Assembly: GCA_043228905.1 (NCBI GenBank)
Contig: JBHGNT010000018.1
Span: forward strand, 7,130,001-7,194,000
DNA length: 64,000 bases
Source: Azolla caroliniana
Taxonomy: Eukaryota; Plantae; Polypodiophyta
Reading direction: 5' to 3'
Below the pieces are notes generated by a model. It saw only the letters and a list, made by a program, of their open reading frames with translations. It did not search any database and had not been told where the DNA came from. The position numbers and the translations under genes are program-made. Shown here one piece after another: positions 13,727 through 26,700 of the stretch. Positions within the stretch are counted from its first letter, which is position 1; the number at the start of each line of letters is the position of its first letter.

Positions 13727-14157
13727 ATGAGAAACTGCTTCCCTTGTCTCCTCCTCCCACCCCGCAAGCCAACAACCATGGCTCCTCAGGCAGTCAAAGC
13801 AGAGTTTGAGAAGCTCTCTAATGGCAGTGATACCATCGGACCAAAAGAATTGGCCAAGTTTTTGCTCTCTACCCAATCAGAACCTTACTCTTCGCTTTCC
13901 GAGAGTGAAGAGAAAGCGTCAGATCTTATTTCTAGGTTCCATAAGAACAGATCAACTCCCTCTTCTCGCCATCGCTTTCCTCATTTTCATCATCATCATC
14001 ATCACGAAAATCCGAACGATGCAAAGGTCGACACTTATTTGTTGAATCTTGAAGAGTTCACAGAACTACTCCTCACCCCAGAGCTCAATCCTTTAACAGA
14101 GCTTTCAAAGCAGGTATTTATTCTGTCTTCAACCTTTCCAATCCTAATATGATATGA

Positions 14158-14192
<35 letters not shown>

Positions 14193-17100
14193 GACTAATG
14201 TTTTAGTGTGACACAGATACTTTCTGATCGACTAGGAGTAAATTTTTCTGTGTTTACATACAGGGATTCAGGTTTAGGGGTAAGTGCTTAGGCATTTAGT
14301 GATTAGCATTGGACTTATCTCAATGTATCATTTTTCTATGGCTATCCATGCATCATTTTGAGTGATTAAGGATTAGAGTTATAGATTTACATCATTTTTC
14401 TTTGCTTTGTATGATTAGGGTTTAGGATTGTAGATATGAATCATTTTGCTTTTTGGGGGGGGAATTACTGATTAGGGTTTTAGGCGTATAGCCATGAATC
14501 ATTTTGCATTGTTGAGTCATGGTGTTCATCGTCTAAATACAAGCTTCTATTGCCCACAATGCAGATGTAGAATTATGTTTCAGTGTACATGATTGTCACA
14601 GACTGCTTTGTTATATTCATTTTCTCGATTATAGCGTGTTTTGTATATATAGACATGGGAAACCATACTTTGCATGTATATGGTAGAAATATTGAGAATT
14701 GATTAGATATGCATAGAGAGTTACACTCACATAGATGTATATGTGTCGATACAAACTTTCTATTACATATAAGAGTAGCTCACAATGGTAGTCCTCCCAT
14801 GCATTCACACCTTAGAGCTTAGATGGGATCTGAACTAATCAATTACGGAGTTAGTTGATACAGATAATAGTCACAACAATTGTGTACGAGAAAGAGGGTG
14901 GATATTTATATTCTGCGCTTGGTTTTATAGTCAGATTAAATGTGCAAATCAGTTGATAATAGTTGGATATTCCTTTTCTGTGTCAACTGACTTGTCATTT
15001 AATATGAACCTAGCTCCCTAGATACAAGCTAGTGCTAGATAGTACTTACCTTAAAGTCAATGGCATATACTTCAAGACTAAGTACATCTCAACCTGCCGA
15101 CAGAGAATATTCTTCTAGTTGGCTTGACTAGTGAATCTCATTACCCTACTTCCCTCTTTCCTAAATATATTTTGTCCTACTCATTTACGACTTCCCATAT
15201 TGACACCTCATCGATCCATATGGCTGGGTTTCACAATTGCTACTTCTCATTTGGGGTGCTATCACAAAATGTGCAGTCTAAGAACACATGTGGCGATAAA
15301 CTGACAACTTAGGGGCGATTATTGACTATATCCAACAATATATACATGTGAAACTCAGAGGTACTCCAGAGGTTTCCATTATTTCTCCAAATTCCTTAAG
15401 TTTGCCCTTGGTCAACACCCTCTCAAGCAATTATATGTACTATTCGAGAAATTATATGGTAAATCCAGCCCTTTTCTTTGTTATTTGTTATATGTTTTAC
15501 TTGAGCAATTATATGATCAATTCATTCTCCTTTTCTCTTTTGGGGGTTGATGGGAGCATTTGGGAAATAATGAAAATTTAGGGGCATTTTTGTGGAAATA
15601 AAGAGTATTTTGGAATTTTCCCCATAAACATCTATTGCGACCTAAATACTCTTCTTATTGGCCACAAATCTGCCATAGAGAGCAAACATCAGTATTCATT
15701 TGTGATTTTTTTTTCAGTATATAGCTTTCCCAGATCATTCTCTATTGCGTCGGAATCTAAATGTAAGAAACTTTGTATGGGCGTGGTGTGCTGCCTAATA
15801 TGAAAGGCCATTAGTGAGAGAACAAACCTCCAATATATGAACAATAACCTTACTTAAGAGGGAGTTTAAGAACAAACATCAGTATTCATTTGTGATTTTT
15901 TTTTCTGTATATAGCTTTCCCAGATCATTCTCTATTGCGTCGGAATCTAAATGTAAGAAACTTTGTATGGGCGTGGTGTGCTGCCTAATATGAAAGGCCA
16001 TTAATGAGAGAACAAACCTCCAATATATGAACAATAACCTTACTTAAGAGGGAGTTTAAGAACAAATATTTTCTCATGTATAAACTTGCATCTGATACTT
16101 TTTCACCATTTTCTATCTTTTGCAGCCTACACAAGACATGTCTTCACCTCTATCCCATTACTATATCTATTCAAGCCATAATTCTTATCTAACTGGAAAT
16201 CAGCTTACCTCGAAATCTAGCGTGGCTCCTATTGCCAAAGCTTTGAAAGCTGGGTACCGAGTGATTGAATTAGATTGTTGGGAGCGAAAAGGGAAAATCA
16301 TGGTGCTCCATGGCAAGTACGATGAAGGAATTTACCACTTCTATTGTCATATTGGTGATTGAAACTTGTTCTATCATTAAAGAGTATTTTGCATATATCC
16401 CAAGATAATTTAGGAGTGGATACAAGTATACAATTAGAACATTGAGCTCGAGTGCTCATTTAAATGTTTTTTATGTTATGTTTTTGTTTTGTGATTTGCA
16501 AGCCGAAAGAAATCCCTATTAACATTGCATTAACTTTTGATTCTCATAATAGTGTTGTGATTAATTCCCAGTGAAAAATCTAAATGCATGTTTCTTTTCT
16601 CTCCTCATGCTTGGGCAGCACTTTAACAAAGGCTGTATCATTTCTGGAGTGCCTAAAGGTAATTAACCAGTATGCCTTTGTGGCTTCTCAATATCCGGTT
16701 ATCATTACTATTGAGAACCATTTGCCTCCTGATCTCCAAAAGGAAGCTGCAAAGGTAGGCTTTGCCATATTTAACAAAAAATTAAATGCAAGTATAAGTG
16801 TTGCCAGTGTATTACCTGGATGGTAAAAATCTATGTTACTCAGTGCAATGATATTTCTTCTGGAATTCTTAGCAAGCTACTAATAAAAAGTGCAGCTTAT
16901 AAAGGAAATATTTGGAGATGCACTTTATGTGCCCCGAGAAGATGAGAGACCACCATGCCAATTTGCGTCACCTGAGGATCTAAAACACAAAATAATAATT
17001 TCAGATAGCCCACCTAAAGATACATTGATGGAACAGGTTTGTCCCACTTCACAAAGGCGCACATATGAATACCTTTACATATTTTTATCTTTATTTGTGC

Positions 17101-20100
17101 TTTTATAGTGCATATGCATACATACATGTATATACAAGAACATATATCCCTTGCCTCCATAACTTAAGATTTTCAATAGGCTACAGCGGATCCAGAGGCA
17201 GTTGATGATGTAATTCCTGAGCTTCTTACACCAGCGCCAGGACCAGATGATGAGATTTCACCTCCTTCATCCCCAACTGGACTCAACTATCGTGTGTTCA
17301 CAAGGAAATTCCACAATATAACTGCCAAGTCTCTAAATAAGGAAGGGATCTCTTCTCATCAGGAAGAACAACCATGGACTTTAGAATTGAGAGAGCTTGT
17401 TTACATTTCATGCGAGAAGCCAAGTGAAATGAAAGATGCACCAGTAGATGGTTGTCTTGTATCTGGTGAGAGATCGATCATGGCAAATGTTAGTGAACCT
17501 CAGCTTCGCAAGTTTGTAAAGACGAATCCAAATTCACTTATCGAGTATGAGCTTCCTTTGCAGCATATTGATTCTATAATTTCTCTGGAATAGTTTCTAG
17601 TATTTACTTGAAAGTTTGATTTTGAAGTACATTTATATCTTTAGATATTGCAAAAGTAATCTCGGGCGCCTTTACCCTTTTGGTTTGCGGTTTGATTCAT
17701 CAAATGCAGACCCTTTTCTTGCATGGTCACATGGTTTCCAGCTTGCAGCACTCAATGCACAAGGTCAAGATCGGCCTTGTTGGATAGCTCAAGCTTTCTT
17801 TGATTCAAATGGAGGATGTGGTTTTGTCAAGAAACCTCAATTTTTGCTACCAGATAGCAAGATGACGTATGAAGAGATTGCGGTCATGCCTCCAAAGCTT
17901 TCACTTGAGGTAAATTTCTCTTTGGGATATGTTTAAAATTACGACAAGATAAATCTACTAAACTTTTGACGATAGTGATGTTTAGAAGTGTATGAAAATC
18001 AATACTTCTTCATTACAGGATAAAAGATTATGTACATATTGCCTACTGAGCATATAAATACGATAAATAAAAGCTTGTAAAAAGAGCATGTATACCATCC
18101 CTTATTTGTTGATGTGTCAATTTTATGAGTGAAAAGAGTTTAGGGATATAAGAATATAAGCAGGGGTGTATAGGCATAACCTTATGGACCAATTTTATAG
18201 CTAGTTTTAATGGGTTAAGGATATGATAGTTGGCAAACCAGTGATACTAGGATCTGGGACAAAACCCATATAGATCTATGATACGTGTAACAATCGGCAA
18301 CAGTTTGGTTTGGTTCGGTTCAAGATGGTCAAAACCGATATGATAGTTGGCAAATCAGTGATACTAGGATCTGGGACAAAACCCATATAGATCTATGATA
18401 CATGTAACAATCGGCAACAGTTTGTTTTGGTTCGGTTCAAGATGGTCAAAACCGAACTGTTTAAAAATTTAGAAACCTGAACCAAACCACGAAATCATTA
18501 AACCGAACCATTAAAAAAATTTCAAACCGTTATGCCATTAAACCGGTAAAACCTCAGTTTCGGTTTTCAGCTTAGGTCAAATTTAAAATTTTAAAATATT
18601 TCATTATTTAAATTTTCTTAATTTTAAATATTTTCCTAAAATGTGAGAATAAGGCATGAAAATGAAAAGATTGTTTAAAAACAATTTTTTTTAATTTAAA
18701 AATAATAATAAACTGTTAAACCGTTTAAACTGCGGTTTCTAATTGTTGAAACTGAACCGAACCGTTTAAACTATATTCGCCGTGGTTTAAACCGAACCGA
18801 ACCGTTGCCGATTGTTTGATACATGGGAACATGTTGTGCTTTGGGAGCCTTAGGTGTTGGGCTATATAAAGCGGACTAGCTACTCCCTTCATCACAGCAT
18901 CTTGAGATGTTGTCATGACTCTATTAGTGACTTCTTTAGGTCCATTTATTCAACAACCAAGGTATAACATAGGGTAATATTTGGTGTTATGGGAGACTGT
19001 GTTGGGCCAACTACTGCTCTCTCTCTATCGTTTCTACCATAGCTCCACTGTTGCATCTAAAGAGCCTGTACTAGGGTGAATCCTGAGTATTCCTCAGCCC
19101 TATTGACATCATTCCTAACCCTTACACACTGATGGTATTTTATGTTTGTCTCATGTCCTTCGCTCGGGGGTGGTTGGTGTGGTTAAGCATTGTTAATCCA
19201 TTCTTCTCCTTAATCTCTTATCCTTTTGCTCATCTTATATAAGGTAATTTCTGAGAAATATGATGACTTGTTGGACGGACATGATAATGTAAGTGTCATA
19301 CTCAAATGTCCACCAAGAAGGGTGTTGTTTCTCCCATATTATCTTTCTTGATTCATTTACTTTTGAATTTTTCCTTACTTTCTTCTCTGGGGTAAAAGTC
19401 TGAGCACGTGGTTTGTAACTTTGCTCATGCATATATATGTATGGCAAAGGTAAGTTTGAAGAACTTGAGACCATGGCCCTTATTGGATCAAGCTTACCTT
19501 TAGCAGCATTCATCTAAAACAAACAATATTCTATTACAATCACTGAGAGAGAGAACGAAAAAAGACAAAGTAATATTATTGTTGACTGATAACCAAAATG
19601 ACCAGTAAGACCAAAGCATTTTTACAAATTTATAAAGCTGACATGATTGCATTTCAGCATAAATATGGCATACAGTGTATAAACAAACTAGACGTTGTGA
19701 TTGAGGTGTGTTCTCTAGACCTTGAAAGTCTAGAGCTTGAGTTTGTGACTCCCGATTAGTTACTGGTTACTAGGAGTCATTGTCTGATGATGCCTGGGTG
19801 CATATCGCATGAAATGATGTGAAAGTGTTCCTACTTCCTAAGAATAACATATTTTTCCTCTTCAAAACATATGCGAACCCCATAGAGAAGGTTACTTGGC
19901 AACCCCTTTGTACAGAGATTGTGGTGCTAATTTTCTCTTATCAATCAAGGCACGACAGTCAGATCTAGTTTCCATTGGATAGAAACATCAAGATATCAAG
20001 TCATACCATCATTGTTTGCACTCCAGAAGCATATTGCTTCTATATGATATTCAAAGACCTATATTCACTATTCTTTCCTCAAACAGATAATCCAAAATTC

Positions 20101-21780
20101 ACAGTTCATAAATCATGAAAAATTCTTAAACTCTAAAATCCAAAATCTTGAAACGCATGATTAATAATCCTATATTGTGTCACTTTTCAAAGCGTAAATT
20201 CTTGACAATGCAAGGGAGCATATTGCACCACCAACCCATTGCACCATTTTCAAGAAATGAAGACAAACTATCCAACCTGGTATAATCACACTTTGCTTTC
20301 TATAGGTGAACCATACAACAAATGCAAAGGGGTAATCATATACATACCTGAGCCCTAACACACATGGATACATGTGCCATACACGAAGTAAAAACGATGA
20401 AATTCCTGGTGTTCATAATAAACACTCATGAATATAGTATCTTTGTTCTTGATGTTGCATCCCCAATTTGACTAGATTCTTAGAAAGAAGGGCCCATGTG
20501 CTGGAAGATTCTCAAAAATGTTCACCTGATTCGTCATGTCATATCAATATTTCAAATAACCAAATCGAACACATGCTACAAAGAGATTCTACATGAAGAT
20601 GTAATGCACCTTTCTGTCAACATGAAAAACTGTCTTATCGCACTCATACAAAACTTCTCTAGATATCCAATCCATATAGTCACCTTATCATCTCCCAAAG
20701 AGATTCTATATGAAGATGTGATACAACTTTCTGTCAACTTGAAAAACTGTCTTATTGCATTCATGCAAAACTTCTCTAGATATACAATCCATATAGTCAT
20801 CTTACATATTTCTAGTTTTAAAATGTTTTCATTTGTTAATATGCGCACCGCACATGATTGCCCAGTCACATTGGTAGGTTTTGCAGCACCATTCTTCTCC
20901 TTCTCTGCAGTAACTTGCCCTAAGTCAGATCTTTTTTGTGATTTCTAACAAGATCTTTTTTGTTTTAACCTTTTGGCCTTCAGATCAAAATACTTCTCGG
21001 AACGGATTGGCATAAGAATTTTGATTATTTTAAGAAGCCCGACTTTTTTGTGAAGGTAATTAAGTAATTATTTCTTTGAGTGGTTCTCCAGACAAGAAAG
21101 AACTTTTGGATTGTGTTTAGTAACTTCAGAATGTCAGTTATTTTATTGAATTCTGGTTCTTTTTACAGGTTGCAATTCATGGAATACCTACTGATAAGGC
21201 AAAGAAGACGACATCTATCAAGTACAAAAACAATCAACCTAATTGGGAGGATGAAACTTTCGAATTCCAGATTAGAGGTATGTACACATTTGCTAGTATA
21301 TGCAGAATTGGAAGAGTGGTTTAATATAATATTAGGATGCAATAATTCCCTATCATATGGCATAGTACCATATTAGGATGTATGCATGCATGTTGCTTAA
21401 TACTTAATCATATGGTTTAATACTGTATTAGGATGTGTGCATATGGTTCAGAGTTTTTTGTCCTTTTTAGTAATGTCTAATCAGAGCATGGAAATCCTCA
21501 AAAAACAGTAAACAGAAATGGAAAAACTTCCAGAGTTTCCACTTTTGATGACGTGAAGTTATTCTGTAATGAAACAGTACCAGATATTGCAATATTGCGG
21601 CTAGAAGTGAGGGAGAATGATAGACTACAAAGGGATGATTTTGTTGGGCAAGCTTGCTTTCCCGTGCGAGAGATGAAGACAGGTATACGGTCGGTACCTT
21701 TGAAGAGTAAAGATGGAGATTCAGTATCATCTAAGCTCCTATGTATGATAAAGGTACAATCTTTGAATTGCCTGAACTAG
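13727..21780 (+). CDS. PLC: Phosphoinositide-specific phospholipase C (EF-hand-like, X, Y, C2). Exons 13727-14113, 16126-16316, 16619-16754, 16896-17036, 17180-17544, 17645-17909, 20984-21055, 21169-21277, 21578-21780
   Basis: All GT-AG with consistent phases. [74 protein letters not shown]; C2 domain PDFFVKV...[11 protein letters not shown]. Confidence 0.95.
15683..16066. repeat. Near-perfect 190-bp tandem duplication in PLC intron 1
   Basis: CAAACATCAGTATTCATTTG... starts at 15683 and 15873; only a couple of mismatches seen. Confidence 0.92.
18405..18817. mobile_element. hAT-like MITE in PLC intron 6
   Basis: TIR (T)AACAATCGGCAAC / GTTGCCGATTGTT(T); 8-bp TSD GATACATG (18397-18404, 18818-18825); AACCG/CGGTT subterminal repeats. 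Confidence 0.85.
20578..20808. repeat. Diverged ~117-bp tandem duplication in PLC intron 6
   Basis: CAAAGAGATTCTA.ATGAAGATGT... occurs twice; this explains ORF 20496-20948. Confidence 0.85.
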
Positions 21781-24489
21781 CAGTGGCCCAAATTGTAGCA
21801 TAAAATTTTTTCTATATTGTTTTGATTATAAAAAAACAAAACAACCCAAAATTTAACAGTCACATTTGTTTACTGCAAAATGTGTTCCCATTACTTCTTG
21901 ATTCAAGTAGGGAATGGGGATAGAGCATTGCCAGAAACATAGCAGTAATTGCATTCGCAGAATGTTTACGTGAACCTCGAAAGGTCTAGCCCTCTGTTTC
22001 ATGGAAGTAGATACTCTTTCGTTACTCTTGTTTTATTTTGCATGTATGTAAACTGCAAGACAAAAACAATTAGACTTCTTTATGAATCCATTCAAGATCA
22101 ACAGGACAGCTCTTTGACTTTTACACTCTAGATTATTTTCTAGTTCTTGTTTTTACTCATGCTAAATTTTTTGTCTGGATGAGACCTTGCATGGCATTTC
22201 TCGTGTATCATTTTTTGGGTCTCATATGTGACATTAGAAACAAAGCTAAAATTCAAAAACCGCACAACCATTTTATTGGGATCTTTCATGTATAAAAAGT
22301 ACTGAAATTCTCGCCATGTTGAATCACCATGGTGGTTTATATATCCTTGACTCCCTTGTAAAGATATTGCATTTGTTCATACTAAAGGGTGCATGTGGGG
22401 AATACAATTACACATACATTTCTTGTCCAACATTATGCATTTGGGAAAACATTAAAAAAATTGCACTCCATTTGAGGGCAATATTAATTCATTTTTAATT
22501 CATGTAGTGTAGTGATAATCTGAGTGGAACATATAAAACTTACGCCTATTGCGTAGGATAGATTACATTACTGATACCCTTAATTCCTAATAATATCAAA
22601 ATGCTCCCTTTGTTGAGAAACTATGTCATAAAATGAGGAACTATGGTGTTGTCTACCAAGCATTTCATAGAAGATATAAAACAGATTAATAATGACAATT
22701 TTGACCCTGGTGATATTCAAAACCTTTTGCCTGTCAGTTTTGTAGTTGCTTGAAAAAGGGTTTTTCTTCTTTTTCTTTTAGCAACACCTTATATTACTAG
22801 TGGAAAATGTCGAAGTGAGATGAAAACCCACAAAGATAGTTTGTAAGTTTTCACTACTCAAAATAAAGGTGAAATGTTTGTTCAAAGATTTCAACAATTT
22901 GAAAACAATCACAAAGAAATTGCTTGAGAGAGAACTTAAAGAAACAGCAGTAAGTAGTGTAGTTGCCCAAAATGACACACATGGTTCTAACTTACCCCAA
23001 TGGTTCAAAGCAAGCACGATTTTCAGTCAATGGAAAAACTAGCATCTAGCAAATGATGAGGAAGGAGACCGAACAACCAAAACAATTTTTCATGCCATGT
23101 TTAGAAACTTAAGATTACCTTAAGTTTACAAATAAAAGTTCTTGTTGATGAAACAATCCATAACAAATGAAGTGGTGTTTTTGATCCTCTATGCCATCAC
23201 ATACAAAGAGAATGGCTAATTCTCTTGCTCTTTAAGTGGAGTCTAATTGATAATATACCCCACAAGCATCACCACAAGAACATTATTTTTTCAAGTGGCA
23301 ATCCTTGTTTCGAAAGTGTAACAAATCTAGTCTTCCACCATATCTCTAGTTTGGTGATTTGCTAGAGAGCATTCCCATGACCTTGAACCCAAGGAGGAGG
23401 TAGTAGTAGCATGTAAACATTATAAATTGATAACGCATAAATACAGACACTTAAATATTTTCCTTTAATTGGCAATTCAAGAGCCTATGTGATGCCTCTT
23501 GTGGTGGCAGGAGGAGTAAATTGAAGTAGTTGATAAAATATTTTCATATCATATGTATTTGTGATGTGAACCCAAATTATGACGTATTGTGGCATCTTGA
23601 AAGTACATGTACCCCCTCATTAAGCACATAAAAAATATGATATAATACCTTGTTTGGCTAAAAAGAATGATCTATGGAGTTCCATATAGGTTAATGAGGT
23701 TATAAAAAGAAATGGAAACACCAATGGAGACTCTAACATCTCGTGATGAAGTTGCCAACATGCATGCCCTTGCATTCCAACTAAGATATTGAGAATAAAC
23801 TTCCAATCTCTAACCAAATTGGTGCAAAACAAACAGCTTTGATACAAGTCACGACCATCAAATGTGCCAAACAAATACTCCCAATAAGAGATTTCGAAAA
23901 CACCAAAAGTAGGGAATCCAATGTGCATTGAAATGTGAGCCAAGATTGTTTTATTCGATTAGGCAAGATTGTCCCATTAGTGCCTCTATGCCATCGCCAC
24001 TCATCCATTACCATTACACATGGATAGTCTTATGACGGCTATTTTATCAAATGGGTCACAACTACCTAATGCAACTGCATATTGTGGCTCAAGAAAAAAA
24101 GTTAATGCTATTAATGTAGTTTAATCATAATTAACCAAATTCACTCTCTCTACTTTAATGATTGCAATAGAAACAATATAGTTTGTCTTGAGATATCGAT
24201 CCTTAATACCACAATCGTTCCACTTCATAATTCTTATGCAATAAAAAATGTTCCCACAAACTTTGAAACCAGCTTGTGGACACGTTTTCCATTTTCATCT
24301 TCAATCACAACATTCTCATTTGATTCGAAAATCAAAACTCACTCTTCAGTCTTGTCTGTCTAAAATCATAAACTCATTCCAAATCATAACTCTGTTTGTT
24401 TTTCTCTAAAATCATAACTTCCTCTCTCTCTAAATTCATATATCACATGCTTGATTTATAGAGAGAGAGAGAGAGAGAGAGAGATAGAA

Positions 24490-25838
24490 TTAGAATTAGA
24501 ATTTTTATCGTCCATAAAGAAGCCAATTTTGACCTATGGGACCAGAGTATACATGTGTTGTTGATATGTGTCTCCTTCCTAAGAAGGGGTATTCATACAT
24601 TGAAGCACAAAGTCTCTATGTGTGAATAAAACATACACATATGAGCTCAACCTTCTTGGTGGTGTCTTAAGTATGGCACTTAAGTTATCACTCCCTCTTA
24701 GTATGTTAGCATATCTTGAACGAATTGCACTATATGTCGAGCATGTGAAGAGCAAGTGGCATTCATCCTCTACCAGGCCTTCATTGCATACTTTGCATGT
24801 CTTCAAATTAGTTACATTTTGATACCATGATGCAACTTCAATACTTAACTTGTGAGATCGAGAGCGAAGTAGTGTAAGGGCCCTACGAGCATTACTACTC
24901 ATATTGGTAATGAGATCAGGTTGGATATGATCAATAGGCATTCTTGCTTTAAATGGAGACCAACATTCAGGGTTGACATTTGCAATGTAGTATTCTAGCT
25001 TTGTCCTCTTAGCGTCTTCCCATTTCATCCTTAATGATTCCACCAACCGTTCCTCAATCATTACATATTGCATAGCATTGCCCGAAAGCTCTAAAAGATC
25101 ATCCAAACCCCATCTTCTAAACCATTTCCTTACGTCAACAACCCAACTAGATGAGAGAATCTTACTTTTATGATTCTTTTGTAGCGTACATCCAACATTC
25201 CAAGCAAGATGTGGTAATCGATGATTCGGTATATTCTTGAATTTTGTAATGTATTTATATACTCTTTGGAGTGCCAATAGTTCTATGGGTCGAACACATG
25301 TTTCCAAGAGCATAACTTGGCAAGCGGTAGTGCATTTAACTCCTAATTGCCTCCTTAAAAACATCCTTTGAATTTTTTCAATCTCATTCCATGCATTAAG
25401 AGAGATGGTGTCACCCCATACTTCTACTCCATAAAGCAATACTTGAGTTACCATGGCATTGAACAATATTAGTTTTACTTCCCATCCACAAGTATCACTT
25501 TGTTTGCATTGGTTCTCTGAAAGGTAATACGATTTCCAACCGGCTTGAACCCTAGAATCCAAGCATGCACTCCATTTATTTGTGGCGAGTACATCAATAC
25601 CAAGATATTTAAAGCTTCGAACAAATTGTATATGTTCACCTCTATATGTGAGCATAGGGTAATGATGAGGTTGGATGGTTTGCACTACCATCATTTTTGT
25701 TTTCTCCACATTCACTCCTAGTCCACTACTATGGCAAAACTCTTCTAATACCCCACGTAAATTTTGCATACTATCAACATCATATGAGAAGAGTACCACA
25801 TCATCTACATATAGAAGCAATAAGATAACATGTTGCAT
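24490..25838 (-). mobile_element. 5'-truncated LINE ORF2 (RT C-half plus C-terminal zinc motif)
   Basis: LLYVDDVVL, GLGVNVEKTKMM, FKYLGI, LLYGVEVWG, RSHKLSIE, CKVC...EDECHLLFTC. Bounded by (GA)n and (TA)n tracts. Confidence 0.92.
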
Positions 25839-25860
25839 ATATATATATATATATATATAT

Positions 25861-25897
<37 letters not shown>

Positions 25898-26149
25898 ATT
25901 ATCAACCTTGAAGTTTAATACAACCCATGGAACCAAAAGTGAAACATTTTCATGTAGTAGTATGTGTGAAGTTGAGTGGAGGCTCTTGATGTTCAAGAAT
26001 TTCACTACATAGAGTTGTAATTTTGAGAGGACACATCGTGATTATGACAGAAATTCCTTTGCTCCTATAGCTATTCTCCCAAGCCACATTTTTTGGCAGT
26101 CATGGTAGGAAATAAATTAATTGATAATGTGATTAAAGGTGGAGCAATT

Positions 26150-26700
26150 TGACATAGAGAGACAGAGAGAGATATTGTATTATCGTCTTCAAGGGTCAAA
26201 TATGACCTATGAGACTAAAAATATTACATTTTCATGTAATACATGCAAAGGTGAGTAGCATGTAACATGTATCATCTAACGCTAGGATGGGTTGTAACAT
26301 GTATTGATGTATGTGGTTTCCATGTTTGGCGAAGGATATGGTTTTGTTGTTAAATACAACATATGTAATACAATGTATGAAGCGTGAGTCTCCAAATTGG
26401 CTTTGCAAAAAGGCCTCATTTACATAAGAATCTAGTGATGCATCATGAAGCAAGTGTGTTGGATTCCATCTTCCAAACCATTTTTCCATATATTGTGTCT
26501 TTTGGATTTTTTTTTGTTTGCTTCAAATGGGATTCTAAGAAGTCTATATGAGGGACTTTTTTTAACCTAAAGCATGTATTCGACAACCCTTTCCATGGCC
26601 ATGATTTCAATTGGAAATGATCCTATCTCAAGAAGTAAGAGGGAGTCTTGCGTTTGTTTCTTGACTTGAAGAAACTTTATAGGAAATGCTTTTGGGGGAG
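26150..26700 (-). mobile_element. Degenerate LINE 3' fragment
   Basis: KWFGRW...HIHQYMLQP reading similar to 37900-38085; carries the GAAGACGATAATA tail next to (GA)n. Confidence 0.55.

Noticed and set aside
22600-24400. Possible transposase or helicase remnant
   Set aside because: Looks like decayed coding sequence but no motif could be identified; needs BLASTX.
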